A stretch of DNA of 61,786 nucleotides from an uncultured Alphaproteobacteria bacterium (GTDB lineage: Bacteria > Pseudomonadota > Alphaproteobacteria > CAAHEQ01 > UBA3637), in NCBI GenBank assembly GCA_905236245.1, contig CAJOPC010000019.1, positions 1 through 61,786 of the forward strand, read 5' to 3'. The notes beneath the pieces are model-generated. The model did not search any database, had not been told where the DNA came from, and saw nothing but the letters and a program-made list of their open reading frames with translations. Shown here piece by piece: positions 24,348 to 34,428 of this stretch (its first letter is position 1; each line of letters opens with the position of its first letter). The translations under genes and the position numbers were made by a program.

Positions 24348-25521
24348 AAAAGATTTCAAAATTTTTGAACGGCCTTATGTTTACCTAGATTCTGCGGCAT
24401 CAGCACAAAAGCCTCAGGTGGTGCTAGATTCTTTAATGCATTTTTATCAAGATGATTATGCTAATGTGCATAGGGGGTCATGCGAATTAGCTCTGCATGC
24501 AACGGAGCTTTATGAGGAAGCACGTAAGACAGCGGCTGATTTTATTCATGCAGATTCCAAGGAGATTGTTTTTACCAAGGGGGCAACAGAAGCCATTAAT
24601 TTGGTAGCGGCAAGTTATGCCAAGACTTTGAAGAAAGGGGATGAAGTGTTGGTATGTATTGCCGAACACCATGCTAACTTTGTTCCATGGCAGCAAGCAT
24701 GTTTGTTATCTGGTGCTACTTTTAAGACTTTTAATGTTTTAGATAATGGTTCGTTGGATTTGGATGATTTTCAAAAACAATTAACGGAACGCACAAAATT
24801 GGTTGCAATTGCGCATATTTCTAATGTTCTGGGCGTGGTGAATCCTGTTCAGAAAGTGGTGAAATTAGCCCATAAAGTTGGTGCAAAGGTGATGCTTGAT
24901 GCTTCCCAAAGTATAGCTCATATGCCGTTTGATGTTCAGAATTTAGATTGTGACTATTTGGCATTTTCTGGGCATAAAATTTATGGTCCGAATGGTGTGG
25001 GAGTTTTATACGGAAAGCATCAAGAATTGGAAAAATTAAAGCCTTATCAATTTGGGGGAGATATGGTTGATACTGTATCTGTGGCGAAGACAACTTTTGC
25101 CGAAGTGCCGGCCCGTTTTGAGGCAGGAACTCCGCCTATTGCCAATGCAATAGGGCTCGGTTCAGCATTAAAGTATTTAAATAATATTGGCTTCCAACAA
25201 ATTGAAAAACAAGAAAAAAGTATTTTTGAAAAACTGACTCTGGGTTTGCAAAAGATAGAAGGGATTCAGTTTTTAGGGGATCCTAGTTTGAAGTCTCATT
25301 TGGTTGCTTTTAATGTGTCAGGAATCCATCCGGATGATTTGAATTTGATTTTGGCCAAAGAAAATATTTGTGTTCGGGTAGGGCATCATTGTGCAATGCC
25401 GCTCCATTCCCGTTTCGATGTTAGAGCTAGTTTGCGTGTTTCGTTGGGATTGTATAATGATGAAGATGATGTTAAAGCGTTTTTAAAAGCGCTTCAGAAA
25501 GCAATAGGATTTTTCAGATGA
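24340..25521 (+). CDS. sufS: cysteine desulfurase SufS
   Basis: FSGHKIYGPNGVGVLYG (PLP-binding Lys) and RVGHHCAMPL (catalytic Cys). Confidence 0.9.
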   Translation: MFKKDFKIFERPYVYLDSAASAQKPQVVLDSLMHFYQDDYANVHRGSCELALHATELYEEARKTAADFIHADSKEIVFTKGATEAINLVAASYAKTLKKGDEVLVCIAEHHANFVPWQQACLLSGATFKTFNVLDNGSLDLDDFQKQLTERTKLVAIAHISNVLGVVNPVQKVVKLAHKVGAKVMLDASQSIAHMPFDVQNLDCDYLAFSGHKIYGPNGVGVLYGKHQELEKLKPYQFGGDMVDTVSVAKTTFAEVPARFEAGTPPIANAIGLGSALKYLNNIGFQQIEKQEKSIFEKLTLGLQKIEGIQFLGDPSLKSHLVAFNVSGIHPDDLNLILAKENICVRVGHHCAMPLHSRFDVRASLRVSLGLYNDEDDVKAFLKALQKAIGFFR

Positions 25522-25901
25522 CAGAAGAATTAAAAGTTCCAGATCCAATAGAATTAGATTATACAGCAAAAGCCGGTGCTCCTTTGTCTGCTAATGCAAA
25601 GCATGCTTCGCATGAGGATATTGTGGGTGCATTAAAGTCTGTTCAGGATCCAGAGTTGATGCTCAATGTTTTTGATTTAGGCCTTATTTACAAGGTAGAT
25701 CAAAAAGAGAACGGGGATGTTGATATTTTAATGACACTGACTTCACCTACTTGTCCCATGGGAGAAGAAATGATTCAAATGGCTGCACAAGCTGTTTCCT
25801 CCGTTGTTGGAGTAGGTATTGTGACGGTAAACCTAACATTTGATCCGCCATGGACGACGGATATGTTGTCTGAAGAAATCAAATTGATGATGGGAATTTA
25901 A
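25518..25901 (+). CDS. DUF59/SufT-like Fe-S assembly protein
   Basis: VQDPELMLNVFDLGLIY and LTSPTCPMGEEM. Confidence 0.75.
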   Translation: MTEELKVPDPIELDYTAKAGAPLSANAKHASHEDIVGALKSVQDPELMLNVFDLGLIYKVDQKENGDVDILMTLTSPTCPMGEEMIQMAAQAVSSVVGVGIVTVNLTFDPPWTTDMLSEEIKLMMGI

Positions 25902-26380
25902 TCCCGATCTTCTTCTACTGCGTGTTCGCCAGCTAAAGCAATAACTAAATCTAATAAATTACGCTGAACCTTTGAATCCGGAATTTTTGTGTAGGCACGC
26001 AATAGCGCTGTGACATCTCGACGCAACAATACATCCATATCAAATTCACAAACATCTTCGGATAAACCAGGATTTGCATAGATCTTACGGGGGCTTCTAT
26101 CCGAAGTGTTGGTATCGATATCTTGATAGAAAAAATCCACATTTACACCCAATACTTGCGCTAAATCCCACAGACGGCTGGCGCCAATTCGATTTAAACC
26201 GCGTTCATATTTTTGAACTTGTTGGAAAGTAACACCCAATTCTGCGGCTAATCGTTCTTGACTCATGCCTAACAAAGAACGTCTCATTCTGACACGAGAG
26301 CCAACATGTAAATCAATAGGATTTGGTGTCCCATCCGATAAACGCCCGCGTACTGTACCATTTATGGATTTTTTTCTCAT
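25898..26380 (-). CDS. XRE-family helix-turn-helix transcriptional regulator
   Basis: GMSQERLAAELGVTFQQVQKYERGLNRI. Confidence 0.75.
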   Translation of the reverse strand: MRKKSINGTVRGRLSDGTPNPIDLHVGSRVRMRRSLLGMSQERLAAELGVTFQQVQKYERGLNRIGASRLWDLAQVLGVNVDFFYQDIDTNTSDRSPRKIYANPGLSEDVCEFDMDVLLRRDVTALLRAYTKIPDSKVQRNLLDLVIALAGEHAVEEDRD

Positions 26381-26455
26381 ATATTACTCCTTTAATACAA
26401 CTATTAGTTTAATAGAACAGATTCGGGTTGTCAATAGAAATATTTATTTATGCAA

Positions 26456-27436
26456 TTATTTTTTCAAAATTGCGACTAATTCAATGTGATTTGAATAGGT
26501 AAATTGGTCAACAGGCGTTATTTTTTGAATGCTCCAGCCGTTGTCTGTCAGGAGTTTAATATCTCTGGCGCAGGTTTTTGGATTACAGGATATCATGATA
26601 ATCGTTTGAATGTTTGTTTGTGCCAGTTGTGTGACCTGGGCAAGCGCACCAGCCCTTGGAGGGTCCAATATCGCCAAATCTATTCCTTTTAGCTCATCGG
26701 GAGTTAAAGGAAAACGGAAAAGATCCCGTTGGACTCCGTGGTTATTTAAAATAAGGACAGATTCAGAACTGTCATAACCAGTAACAATCAGGCCTTTTTC
26801 TAATAAAGGCACAGTAAAGGTGCCTTTTCCACAAAATAAATCAACAGCATGATGATGTGTATGTGGATGCTCCAAAACAAGTTTGATTAAAGCTTGTTCG
26901 CCTTCTACACTAGGTTGTAAAAAATTATCTGCCGTGCCAGGAAGGGCCGCTTTTTCAAAAATAGGTGTATCATTGTAAATAACACGGACGATGTTTGGCG
27001 TCTGGTTTAAAGCAGTAAGTATTTCTAACTGTTCTAAATTCGGAATGCCGGTTTTGGTTTTGATGTGAATATCCAATCCCAAAGGAGTATCTAAAAGAAA
27101 TACATCCCCAGAAGTTTTGAGTTGTGTTAGCGTCTTTTTAATAATAGGCAAGGCGCTATTGATATTGTTTGTTAGTAATGGACATATTTCAATATCAATA
27201 ATTTTATGGCTTTTTGTTTCATTAAAACCAAAATGATTTTTAACAAAGGCAAAATTAGCTCTGCGGCGTGTTCCCGTTGGAATTAAAATAATTGGCTCCA
27301 AGCTAACATTTAGGCCGACATCTTGAAATGCATGAGTAATAAAAGATTCTTTTTTAGCAATATATTCTTGTTCGGTTAGGTTTTGCCAAACACACCCGCC
27401 ACATTTACCAAAATAAGGACATTTTTCTTTTAACAT
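26456..27436 (-). CDS. RlmD/TrmA-family SAM-dependent RNA (uracil-C5) methyltransferase
   Basis: N-terminal Cys cluster CPYFGKCGGCVWQ, SAM motif DLFCGKGTF and catalytic ISCNPKTCARD. Confidence 0.8.
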   Translation of the reverse strand: MLKEKCPYFGKCGGCVWQNLTEQEYIAKKESFITHAFQDVGLNVSLEPIILIPTGTRRRANFAFVKNHFGFNETKSHKIIDIEICPLLTNNINSALPIIKKTLTQLKTSGDVFLLDTPLGLDIHIKTKTGIPNLEQLEILTALNQTPNIVRVIYNDTPIFEKAALPGTADNFLQPSVEGEQALIKLVLEHPHTHHHAVDLFCGKGTFTVPLLEKGLIVTGYDSSESVLILNNHGVQRDLFRFPLTPDELKGIDLAILDPPRAGALAQVTQLAQTNIQTIIMISCNPKTCARDIKLLTDNGWSIQKITPVDQFTYSNHIELVAILKK

Positions 27437-27477
27437 AGGGCTATTATAGCATAATTCTTTCGCTTTGAAAAGGGCGA

Positions 27478-28383
27478 TTATTGAAAGAATTGAAAGAAGT
27501 TATACCATTGTTCCGGGAATTGTAAAAGGTATGTTTCGATAAAGTCTAAGTATTGCTTTGAAATTTGAGGGATGTTTTGGCTAAGATTCATTTTTTTTAG
27601 ATAAAGTTTATAAGTGTTTTTTTGGCGCAGTAATAAGACAGTATATGTCGGTGCGTTTATTTTTTTTGCAAATTGAAGGGCCCCTTTTGGAATAGAGCAT
27701 TTTTTATCTAATAAGTTCCCGATAATTTGTGCTTTGGGATTTTGTGAAGAAAGTCTATCGGCTGCCATTAAAATGCAATCACCTTGTTCAAGTTTTTCGT
27801 ATAATTCCATAATCGCCAAAAAATCCAGTTGTTGCGCATCATATAACTTAAAGGCAGAAGAACGGTTTCTTTGCGTAATAAATTGGTGAAAAATACTGTT
27901 CTGACCAATTTCCATTAAGGCATTGAGGTTCTTACGGGGTAAAGACGAAAAAAAGTTTGGAAATGTAGCTAGTGTTTCTACATTACCTAAGTGAGAGCTT
28001 ATTAGAAAAAGTCCAGATTTTTTTTGTAAATCTTTTACAAAACTTTCCCAATTTTTATCTTTATGTATGGTGAATTTAATCCGAGATTTTTTGTCGCAAA
28101 GAACACTCATTTTTTCCGCTAAAGAAAATGCATAAGAATAAATGTGTTGATAGGTAGTGGGTATTTTGATTTTGAGATTGTGTTTGTGGATATATTCTTT
28201 TAACACGGCTTGATATTGTTTAGATGCTATTCGTCCGGCCTTTAAAAAAGGAAGCATCATAAAAATGATTGGATATAAAATGATTTGTAAGCCTTTCAAA
28301 TGGAAGAGTTTGTATATTCCCCATAAAAACAAGAGCCTGTATTTTCCGGCACATTGTTCTTTGATCGCATACCAACTTTCCAT
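27478..28383 (-). CDS. LpxL/HtrB-type (lipid A biosynthesis-like) acyltransferase, at the edge of the Ape-like cluster
   Basis: 301 aa with an N-terminal hydrophobic segment. The size and architecture fit Lip_A_acyltrans-type proteins that accompany APE clusters. The call rests on weak motifs only. Confidence 0.5.
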   Translation of the reverse strand: MESWYAIKEQCAGKYRLLFLWGIYKLFHLKGLQIILYPIIFMMLPFLKAGRIASKQYQAVLKEYIHKHNLKIKIPTTYQHIYSYAFSLAEKMSVLCDKKSRIKFTIHKDKNWESFVKDLQKKSGLFLISSHLGNVETLATFPNFFSSLPRKNLNALMEIGQNSIFHQFITQRNRSSAFKLYDAQQLDFLAIMELYEKLEQGDCILMAADRLSSQNPKAQIIGNLLDKKCSIPKGALQFAKKINAPTYTVLLLRQKNTYKLYLKKMNLSQNIPQISKQYLDFIETYLLQFPEQWYNFFQFFQ

Positions 28384-28425
28384 TTTTCCTTGCCTTTTCC
28401 CAAAAAAATCTATTATAATAAGCGT

Positions 28426-28956
28426 ATGAATATCTTTATAACAGATTTAGCAAAAATAAGCAAGAAAAGTATTTTTATGAAAAAAGCTGCTGTTTTATTA
28501 AATCAACGGGATAAAAGGCGCTTTGATGCTATGACATGTGTAAATCGGAAATTGCAATTTTTGGTTGGTCGTTTGATGATTGATAGATTTTTGGGCGAGG
28601 AGTTTTCTATACAAAAGTCGGGGAAATTAGTTTCTAAAAAAGGATATTTAAGCTTGGCCCATAGTAAGAATTTGGTGGTTTTGGCTTTGTCTGATGCCCC
28701 CGTTGGTGTTGATGTAGAATATACTTTAACAAAAAGAAATTATCGCAAAATTTGTCAGTTTTTACATTTGGGTGATTGTCATGATCCAAAAGATTTTTAT
28801 AAACTTTTTACGATGTATGAAGCTGATTATAAATTAGGTGCTACTACAAAAAAAATAAGTCATATGTTTTTTTTACAAAAAGATTATCTTATTTGCGTGG
28901 CAGGATTGAAAGAAGTTGCTTGCCAAGTTTACGAGTATTTTCCGGATCATTGTTAG
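28426..28956 (+). CDS. Sfp-type 4'-phosphopantetheinyl transferase
   Basis: LSLAHSKNLVVLAL...PVGVDVEY and FTMYEADYKL (W/F-x-x-KEA-like). I prefer the ATG at 28426 to the track start at 28354. Confidence 0.6.
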   Translation: MNIFITDLAKISKKSIFMKKAAVLLNQRDKRRFDAMTCVNRKLQFLVGRLMIDRFLGEEFSIQKSGKLVSKKGYLSLAHSKNLVVLALSDAPVGVDVEYTLTKRNYRKICQFLHLGDCHDPKDFYKLFTMYEADYKLGATTKKISHMFFLQKDYLICVAGLKEVACQVYEYFPDHC

Positions 28957-31057
28957 CCAAAATAAAGGCGTTTATAAAAGAAAACAACAATCCTAAAGCA
29001 ATTGTTTTACCCATGATGGAGATCATTGTAAAGCTGACAAAGGAAAGTAGTCCAAAGCCGATAAAACTGCTTAAAAACGAGAATAGAACAGGTCTTATTG
29101 TTTTGTGTGGAGAGAATAAAAAGATCGTGTAATCTATTCCCAAGCCAATAACGACGAACAAACTCAATAAATGAAAAAATGTTATGTCGTGTGTTAAAGA
29201 TAGTAGAGCGACTGTTTCCGCACAGCTTAGAACCGATGGAATAAGATATTGGATAGCTTTTTTTCGATAAATAAACACTAAAGTAAAAAGCAAGCAAATT
29301 AGACTAAATCCAAGTGTTTGATAGCTTTTTATTGCATATCGATCCAGTTCCTTTGCCAAATAATTTGTTGGGTCAAATAGTATTGCATCACTGTTATTTG
29401 GCAAAACGATTTCCTTTGATAAAGGCGTTATTGCCCAGGTTTCTTGATCGGCTTCAATAACAAATTGATTTAGATAAGATGGGAATATTTCTTTAAATTG
29501 ATCCTCTTTAATAATCTCTGTTTGTTGATAGGTCGGTTGAAATTTAAAGTGCAAGTCGGCCTTAAGGTTTTTTACCTCAGATTGATATAATTTTTTGATG
29601 AGCATATGGTTTTGTTTTTGCTTATTTATAGATGGTAAAACGGAAGCAAGACAGAAGAAATCTTCGGATTCTTTAATCTTTTCTTCTTTTTCCAATGTGT
29701 CTTGCAATGAATTTCCGCGTACTAATAACAAGTGAGAATAACTATGGCCGTTTAGTTCATTGGATAGTTTTTCTTCTTGAATCAAAGAAGGGTGCGCTTG
29801 ATATAATGATTGTAATGAATTGCTGAAATTTATATTTTTAAAACCGAAAAGTATGATGAATAAGCCAATGACTAAAAATAAAACTTTCGCCTTTTTGGGA
29901 AAGCAGAGGTGAAGTTGTAAATCTTTTTGTATATTAGTTTGCGGGTAACAAATGAACATAATCCATATAAAGGTTCCTATTAAACCTCCAATGATGAATA
30001 AGGCAATTTGATTTAAAAGTGGAAAAGAGGATAGGAGTAAAGGAACAAAACAACATACTGTCGTTAAAAAAGAGTAGGTGATATTTTGAATGTTTTGAGT
30101 TTTTGTTGCCCAAAAACGGTGGTAGGAATAATCGATACAAATGCCAATTAAGGATGCTCCGAAGGCAAAAGTTAAGATATGAATTTGCGAACAAAAAAGG
30201 AAAATTAGCAAACAACCGCAAGCAAAACTTAAAATCAAATTAAAAATAATATGCAGTGTTATTTTGATATTTGAGAAGAGGCGATAGGTCAGAATCAAAA
30301 GACTAAAAGCCCCTAATAACGAAATGATGAAGATTTCTGTGCGAGATTTTTGAAACATTTGAACCGTGTGTATTGGGGCTCCGGACAAATGGAAAATAAC
30401 TTCTTTTGATAAAGGTTGAATAACACTTTGGATGAATTTTATTTGCTCAATAAAGTTATTCATATCATTTTGTGTTAAATGTATCATCATTAAAATATAA
30501 AATTTTTCATTTTTTTGTTGGTAGAAAACTCCATCTTTTTCTCGCCATGAAAATGCTGGTTTAGGCATGTTTTGAACATAGTGAGTTAACAATAAAAAAG
30601 GATCTTCTCGTAACGGTAAAATGGTTGGCATCCATGATGTTTGTATATCTTGAACTGTTTGCTGCCGGACATCTGTCGTCTTGTTTTGTAAAAGTAATTT
30701 ATATGTATCTGTATCTAGAAAAGAGTTTTTATATTTTTTTAAATATTCACTGCCTTGTTCCAACATATTTTTGGGGGCAGAATATATGATATCATTAATG
30801 CCGAATTCCAAAAGCCTTGTATGTAATATATCAGCTTTTTCTTTTGCTAATTCAAATGAAGATGCTTCAATAATGATGCTTAGATTATTGCTATATTTGT
30901 TTACAATTTCTTTCGGTAAAATTGTGTTGTTTACCTTAACGGAGAAAAGATCATTTAATGAAGTTTGAAGGGAGGGAACCCCCTTTGATAGAAAAGTAAC
31001 GCCAAACAAAAGTAATAAAGTGCCGATAAATAGGATTGATTTAGCATTCAATTTCAT
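28889..31057 (-). CDS. MMPL/RND-superfamily exporter (ApeM-like)
   Basis: 722 aa with two blocks of about six TM helices separated by large loops. It sits downstream of the LolA-like gene, as in APE clusters. Confidence 0.7.
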   Translation of the reverse strand: MKLNAKSILFIGTLLLLFGVTFLSKGVPSLQTSLNDLFSVKVNNTILPKEIVNKYSNNLSIIIEASSFELAKEKADILHTRLLEFGINDIIYSAPKNMLEQGSEYLKKYKNSFLDTDTYKLLLQNKTTDVRQQTVQDIQTSWMPTILPLREDPFLLLTHYVQNMPKPAFSWREKDGVFYQQKNEKFYILMMIHLTQNDMNNFIEQIKFIQSVIQPLSKEVIFHLSGAPIHTVQMFQKSRTEIFIISLLGAFSLLILTYRLFSNIKITLHIIFNLILSFACGCLLIFLFCSQIHILTFAFGASLIGICIDYSYHRFWATKTQNIQNITYSFLTTVCCFVPLLLSSFPLLNQIALFIIGGLIGTFIWIMFICYPQTNIQKDLQLHLCFPKKAKVLFLVIGLFIILFGFKNINFSNSLQSLYQAHPSLIQEEKLSNELNGHSYSHLLLVRGNSLQDTLEKEEKIKESEDFFCLASVLPSINKQKQNHMLIKKLYQSEVKNLKADLHFKFQPTYQQTEIIKEDQFKEIFPSYLNQFVIEADQETWAITPLSKEIVLPNNSDAILFDPTNYLAKELDRYAIKSYQTLGFSLICLLFTLVFIYRKKAIQYLIPSVLSCAETVALLSLTHDITFFHLLSLFVVIGLGIDYTIFLFSPHKTIRPVLFSFLSSFIGFGLLSFVSFTMISIMGKTIALGLLFSFINAFILANNDPENTRKLGKQLLSILPRK

Positions 31058-31619
31058 TTGAAAAATCCTGAGATTTTGGTGTCAAAATAATTTCAATTTT
31101 TGTTTTGTTCTTATATTCTATATTGATGCGTTGAGGTATTTTGTCGCCATTTAAATGTATTTTTGATATAAATTGGGAAAAATCTTTTTGGGTTGGTATC
31201 ATATCCAAGGACCATTTTCCTTTGCTTTCAAAGTAGGATATTTCACCTAATCGGTATAGAGTTGTCAGGTCACCGATTAAAAGCTCATCAATTATGGATT
31301 TAATTTCCTCAAAATAAGGAAGTTCTTTCAGCATTTCTCTTTTCTCTGAAATACAATATGCTTCGGTGGATGCAACAAAAGTGTATTTAGACGGGGTTTC
31401 TTTTTTCAGAAAAATTCCTTTATCTTTTACGAATTGGAAAATGCCTGTTGATTTTAAAGGAGTATCTATTTCGGGAATATTTTTTGTTTGTTGATAAGCA
31501 AAAGTAGCATTATTTAGTTGTTTAAACCAATTAATAAAAATAGCGTCATCCGGAATTGCAGCAGCATGTCCCATAGGGGAAAATAATAACAGAAAAAATA
31601 GGGCAAAAAAACACTTCAT
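31041..31619 (-). CDS. LolA-like outer-membrane lipoprotein carrier family protein (ApeL-like)
   Basis: Signal peptide MKCFFALFFLLLFSPMGHAA. About 190 aa, positioned between the thioesterase and MMPL genes. Confidence 0.5.
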   Translation of the reverse strand: MKCFFALFFLLLFSPMGHAAAIPDDAIFINWFKQLNNATFAYQQTKNIPEIDTPLKSTGIFQFVKDKGIFLKKETPSKYTFVASTEAYCISEKREMLKELPYFEEIKSIIDELLIGDLTTLYRLGEISYFESKGKWSLDMIPTQKDFSQFISKIHLNGDKIPQRINIEYKNKTKIEIILTPKSQDFSNEIEC

Positions 31620-32017
31620 TTTAACCCCAGTTGTTTCAGGATTAAATCTGGAATTTCGTAAAAGCTTTCTTTTGTTTCAATGGAAACACACATTTGTTTT
31701 GTTTGTGCCTCGCATAACTTTTGGCCCGTTTGAGCGTTTTGAATCTTGTATTTAAAAAATAAAAAATTTGTGCAAGGTTCCAAATCTATTTTGATCAAAA
31801 TCTTTTGGCCAAAGATACACGGATGAATATATTTTATTTTTAATTCGACTATGGGAAAAGCATAACCAATTTTTTCCATATCTGTATATGTCATATCTTT
31901 TGTGCTCAGATAAGCACAGCGTGCTTCTTCCATGTATTTAATGTAGTTTCCATGCCAAACAACTTGCATCGGATCTACATCATAAAAAGGAATTGTTTTT
32001 TCATATTGAACGCTCAT
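31616..32017 (-). CDS. 4HBT/YbgC-type hotdog thioesterase (ApeK-like)
   Basis: IPFYDVDPMQVVWHGNYIKYMEEAR. Confidence 0.75.
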   Translation of the reverse strand: MSVQYEKTIPFYDVDPMQVVWHGNYIKYMEEARCAYLSTKDMTYTDMEKIGYAFPIVELKIKYIHPCIFGQKILIKIDLEPCTNFLFFKYKIQNAQTGQKLCEAQTKQMCVSIETKESFYEIPDLILKQLGLK

Positions 32018-32738
32018 GTGCCCACCATTTTGTTAATAGTTTTCTAAAAGAGTATATACATAAATAAGTATGAAGACAACTGATTTTTACATTATCTCGA
32101 AAAACATGGAAATGGGACACGCCAGTTTTGGGATAGATAATTTTTGTTTTGATGCCTAGTGCGGGTATTTTATTTAAAAAGCTTTTAACCAAAATTTCAA
32201 TATCAAAGCCCATGCGATCGAAGTGAATTTTGGGAAGGAGGGGAATCGTTTCTAAAATTGGATAGATGCGAAAACCACACATCGCGTCTAATTTTAATTT
32301 TCCTCTTGTTTCTATCCAAACCCAAAAGTTTGTTATTTTACGCCCATATAATCGAGATTTTGGAGCAGAGGAATCATATTCCGGTTGTGCGCTGATTAGT
32401 GCGCTAGGATGTTTTTGTGATAATTTTAAAAATTCATCAATATCATGGATGTCGTGTTGCCCGTCGGCATCAATTTGGAGTGCATGGGTATAATTGTTTT
32501 TTTCGGCCCAATATAAACCTGTTTTTATAGCGTTGCCTTTACCTTTATTTATCTCATTTCTTATATAAAAAAAATGATATTTTTTGCAAAGTGTTTGTGC
32601 TGTTTTGCTATGAATACCATCACTGCCATCATCAACAATTAAAACAGGGGGAAGTTTTAGTTTATTTAATTGATTTGCCATTTTTTCAAATGCCGGACCA
32701 TGATTGTAAAAGGGAATTAGCATCAGAGGTTTAAACAT
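32001..32738 (-). CDS. family-2 glycosyltransferase (ApeJ-like)
   Basis: LIVDDGSDG and LQIDADGQH (DxD). Confidence 0.8.
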   Translation of the reverse strand: MFKPLMLIPFYNHGPAFEKMANQLNKLKLPPVLIVDDGSDGIHSKTAQTLCKKYHFFYIRNEINKGKGNAIKTGLYWAEKNNYTHALQIDADGQHDIHDIDEFLKLSQKHPSALISAQPEYDSSAPKSRLYGRKITNFWVWIETRGKLKLDAMCGFRIYPILETIPLLPKIHFDRMGFDIEILVKSFLNKIPALGIKTKIIYPKTGVSHFHVFRDNVKISCLHTYLCIYSFRKLLTKWWAHERSI

Positions 32739-34428
32739 CTTTTCCTCCTATTGCAACAATTCCTGAGGCACAGGGTTTGTTTTCATGATTTAAATGAAAG
32801 TTATATTTATCTTGTTCAACCTTTTCCAATTGAAATTGAATGGTGGTATCCGGTAAAATTAAATTAGTGAATTTCAATTTTTGAATAGAATAATTTTGAG
32901 GTGTTTCATGAAAGAAATGTTCTAAGAAATAAAAGATAGTATGTAATTGTATGACCCCGGGTAGTATAGGAAAATCGGGGAAATGTCCTTTGAAGTAAAT
33001 GTTATCTTTTAAAAATGTTAAATCGGCTTGTAATTTGTTTTTTTCATAAATTAAATTTTCAATAATGGGCTCTGAGCAAGGGGAGTGTATAATACTTTCA
33101 ATTTCTTTTTTGAGTATTTTTCCTTGTGTATTTTTGGGTATTTGATATACAAAACGTATTTTTTTAGGTAAAACATTTTTACTATACCAGGCGGATAAAT
33201 ATTTCTTTAACGCCTGAACGAGATATAACTTCCCATTCTTTTTTAACAGGCTATTTCCTTGACCGTTAAGACAAATAAGGGCCCCTAAAACCATATTGTT
33301 GCCTTTTGGTATAGATAAACAATAGGATTCTTTAACTAGGCTATTTTGACTTAATTTGCTTTCCATTTCAGAAAGCGAAACTTTGTTTTCTGCAATTTTC
33401 ACAATGCGATCATTTCGTCCCAATAGTTTAAAAGTATTGTTAGAAGTCGGTTCAATTAAATCTTGCATATCATAGGGAGATTTGTAAGAAAAGCTTGAAT
33501 TTATCTTTATTGTTTTATCAACATTTTGTTCGATTTTTACCGTTGGAAATACACAAAATTCTTGAGAGGATATCTGTTGGCGATAAGCGACGCCGCCGGT
33601 TTCTGTGCTGCCGAAAATTTCAAAAGGAGAGACATTAAATAAATGATACATTTTCTCTGATGTTGCTTGAGATAAAAGACTGCCGGATGAATAAATGGCT
33701 AAACAATTTTTTGAAAAATGATACTGTGAATCATAAGCAACAATTTCGTTCATAAATGTAGGCGTTGTTATTAAAGATATGTAGTGATACAGTTTTTGTT
33801 TTGCTTGAATTTCTTCCGGATAAAAAATGGTATCTAAATCTTGTGTAAGTTGATTATATAGAGGGAACAAAAATCGCCAAAGCATGCCATACATATGATT
33901 TGGCATAACCGTAGCTAGAACAATAGGGGATTTTTTTATAACGGATTGTTGCATCTCACTATGGATTTGAATTTCTAGCATAAGACTTTCAAATGTTTTA
34001 GTAATAATTTTAGGAGCATTAGTAGAGCCCGAAGTAAAAAAGGAAATGTATCCATTTTGAATAGGTTTTAAATCGGCTGTTTCGTTTGTTATTATTGTGG
34101 TCGGATCGATCAAATCTTTGCTAGCGTTCGAAAATTTTTCATCAGTAATAAGCACGGGAGATAGCTTTAAAACATCTGGAATCATGCTGTCTGTTAAATA
34201 ACCCGGTAAAATTATATCTTTGTCGGCATATAACAATGCCATAAAACAAACATAAAATAAGTAGATATTATCCGGAATATATAAAATGGCGGAGGAACTT
34301 TCAATTTTTTGTAAAGCAAAGCAATAGCTTTTTATATCATTTTGAAATTGAGTAAATGAAATTCTTTTATCCCCATCAATAAATGGGACATAGTTGGGGA
34401 GAGATTGTAAAAGGATATCAGTAACCAT
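32731..34428 (-). CDS. AMP-dependent adenylating enzyme fused to a FabA/FabZ-like dehydratase (ApeH+ApeI-like fusion)
   Basis: FFTSGSTNAPKII and FGSTETGGVAY adenylation motifs. The C-terminal ~130 aa carry FKGHFPDFPILPGVIQL. Confidence 0.75.
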   Translation of the reverse strand: MVTDILLQSLPNYVPFIDGDKRISFTQFQNDIKSYCFALQKIESSSAILYIPDNIYLFYVCFMALLYADKDIILPGYLTDSMIPDVLKLSPVLITDEKFSNASKDLIDPTTIITNETADLKPIQNGYISFFTSGSTNAPKIITKTFESLMLEIQIHSEMQQSVIKKSPIVLATVMPNHMYGMLWRFLFPLYNQLTQDLDTIFYPEEIQAKQKLYHYISLITTPTFMNEIVAYDSQYHFSKNCLAIYSSGSLLSQATSEKMYHLFNVSPFEIFGSTETGGVAYRQQISSQEFCVFPTVKIEQNVDKTIKINSSFSYKSPYDMQDLIEPTSNNTFKLLGRNDRIVKIAENKVSLSEMESKLSQNSLVKESYCLSIPKGNNMVLGALICLNGQGNSLLKKNGKLYLVQALKKYLSAWYSKNVLPKKIRFVYQIPKNTQGKILKKEIESIIHSPCSEPIIENLIYEKNKLQADLTFLKDNIYFKGHFPDFPILPGVIQLHTIFYFLEHFFHETPQNYSIQKLKFTNLILPDTTIQFQLEKVEQDKYNFHLNHENKPCASGIVAIGGKDV

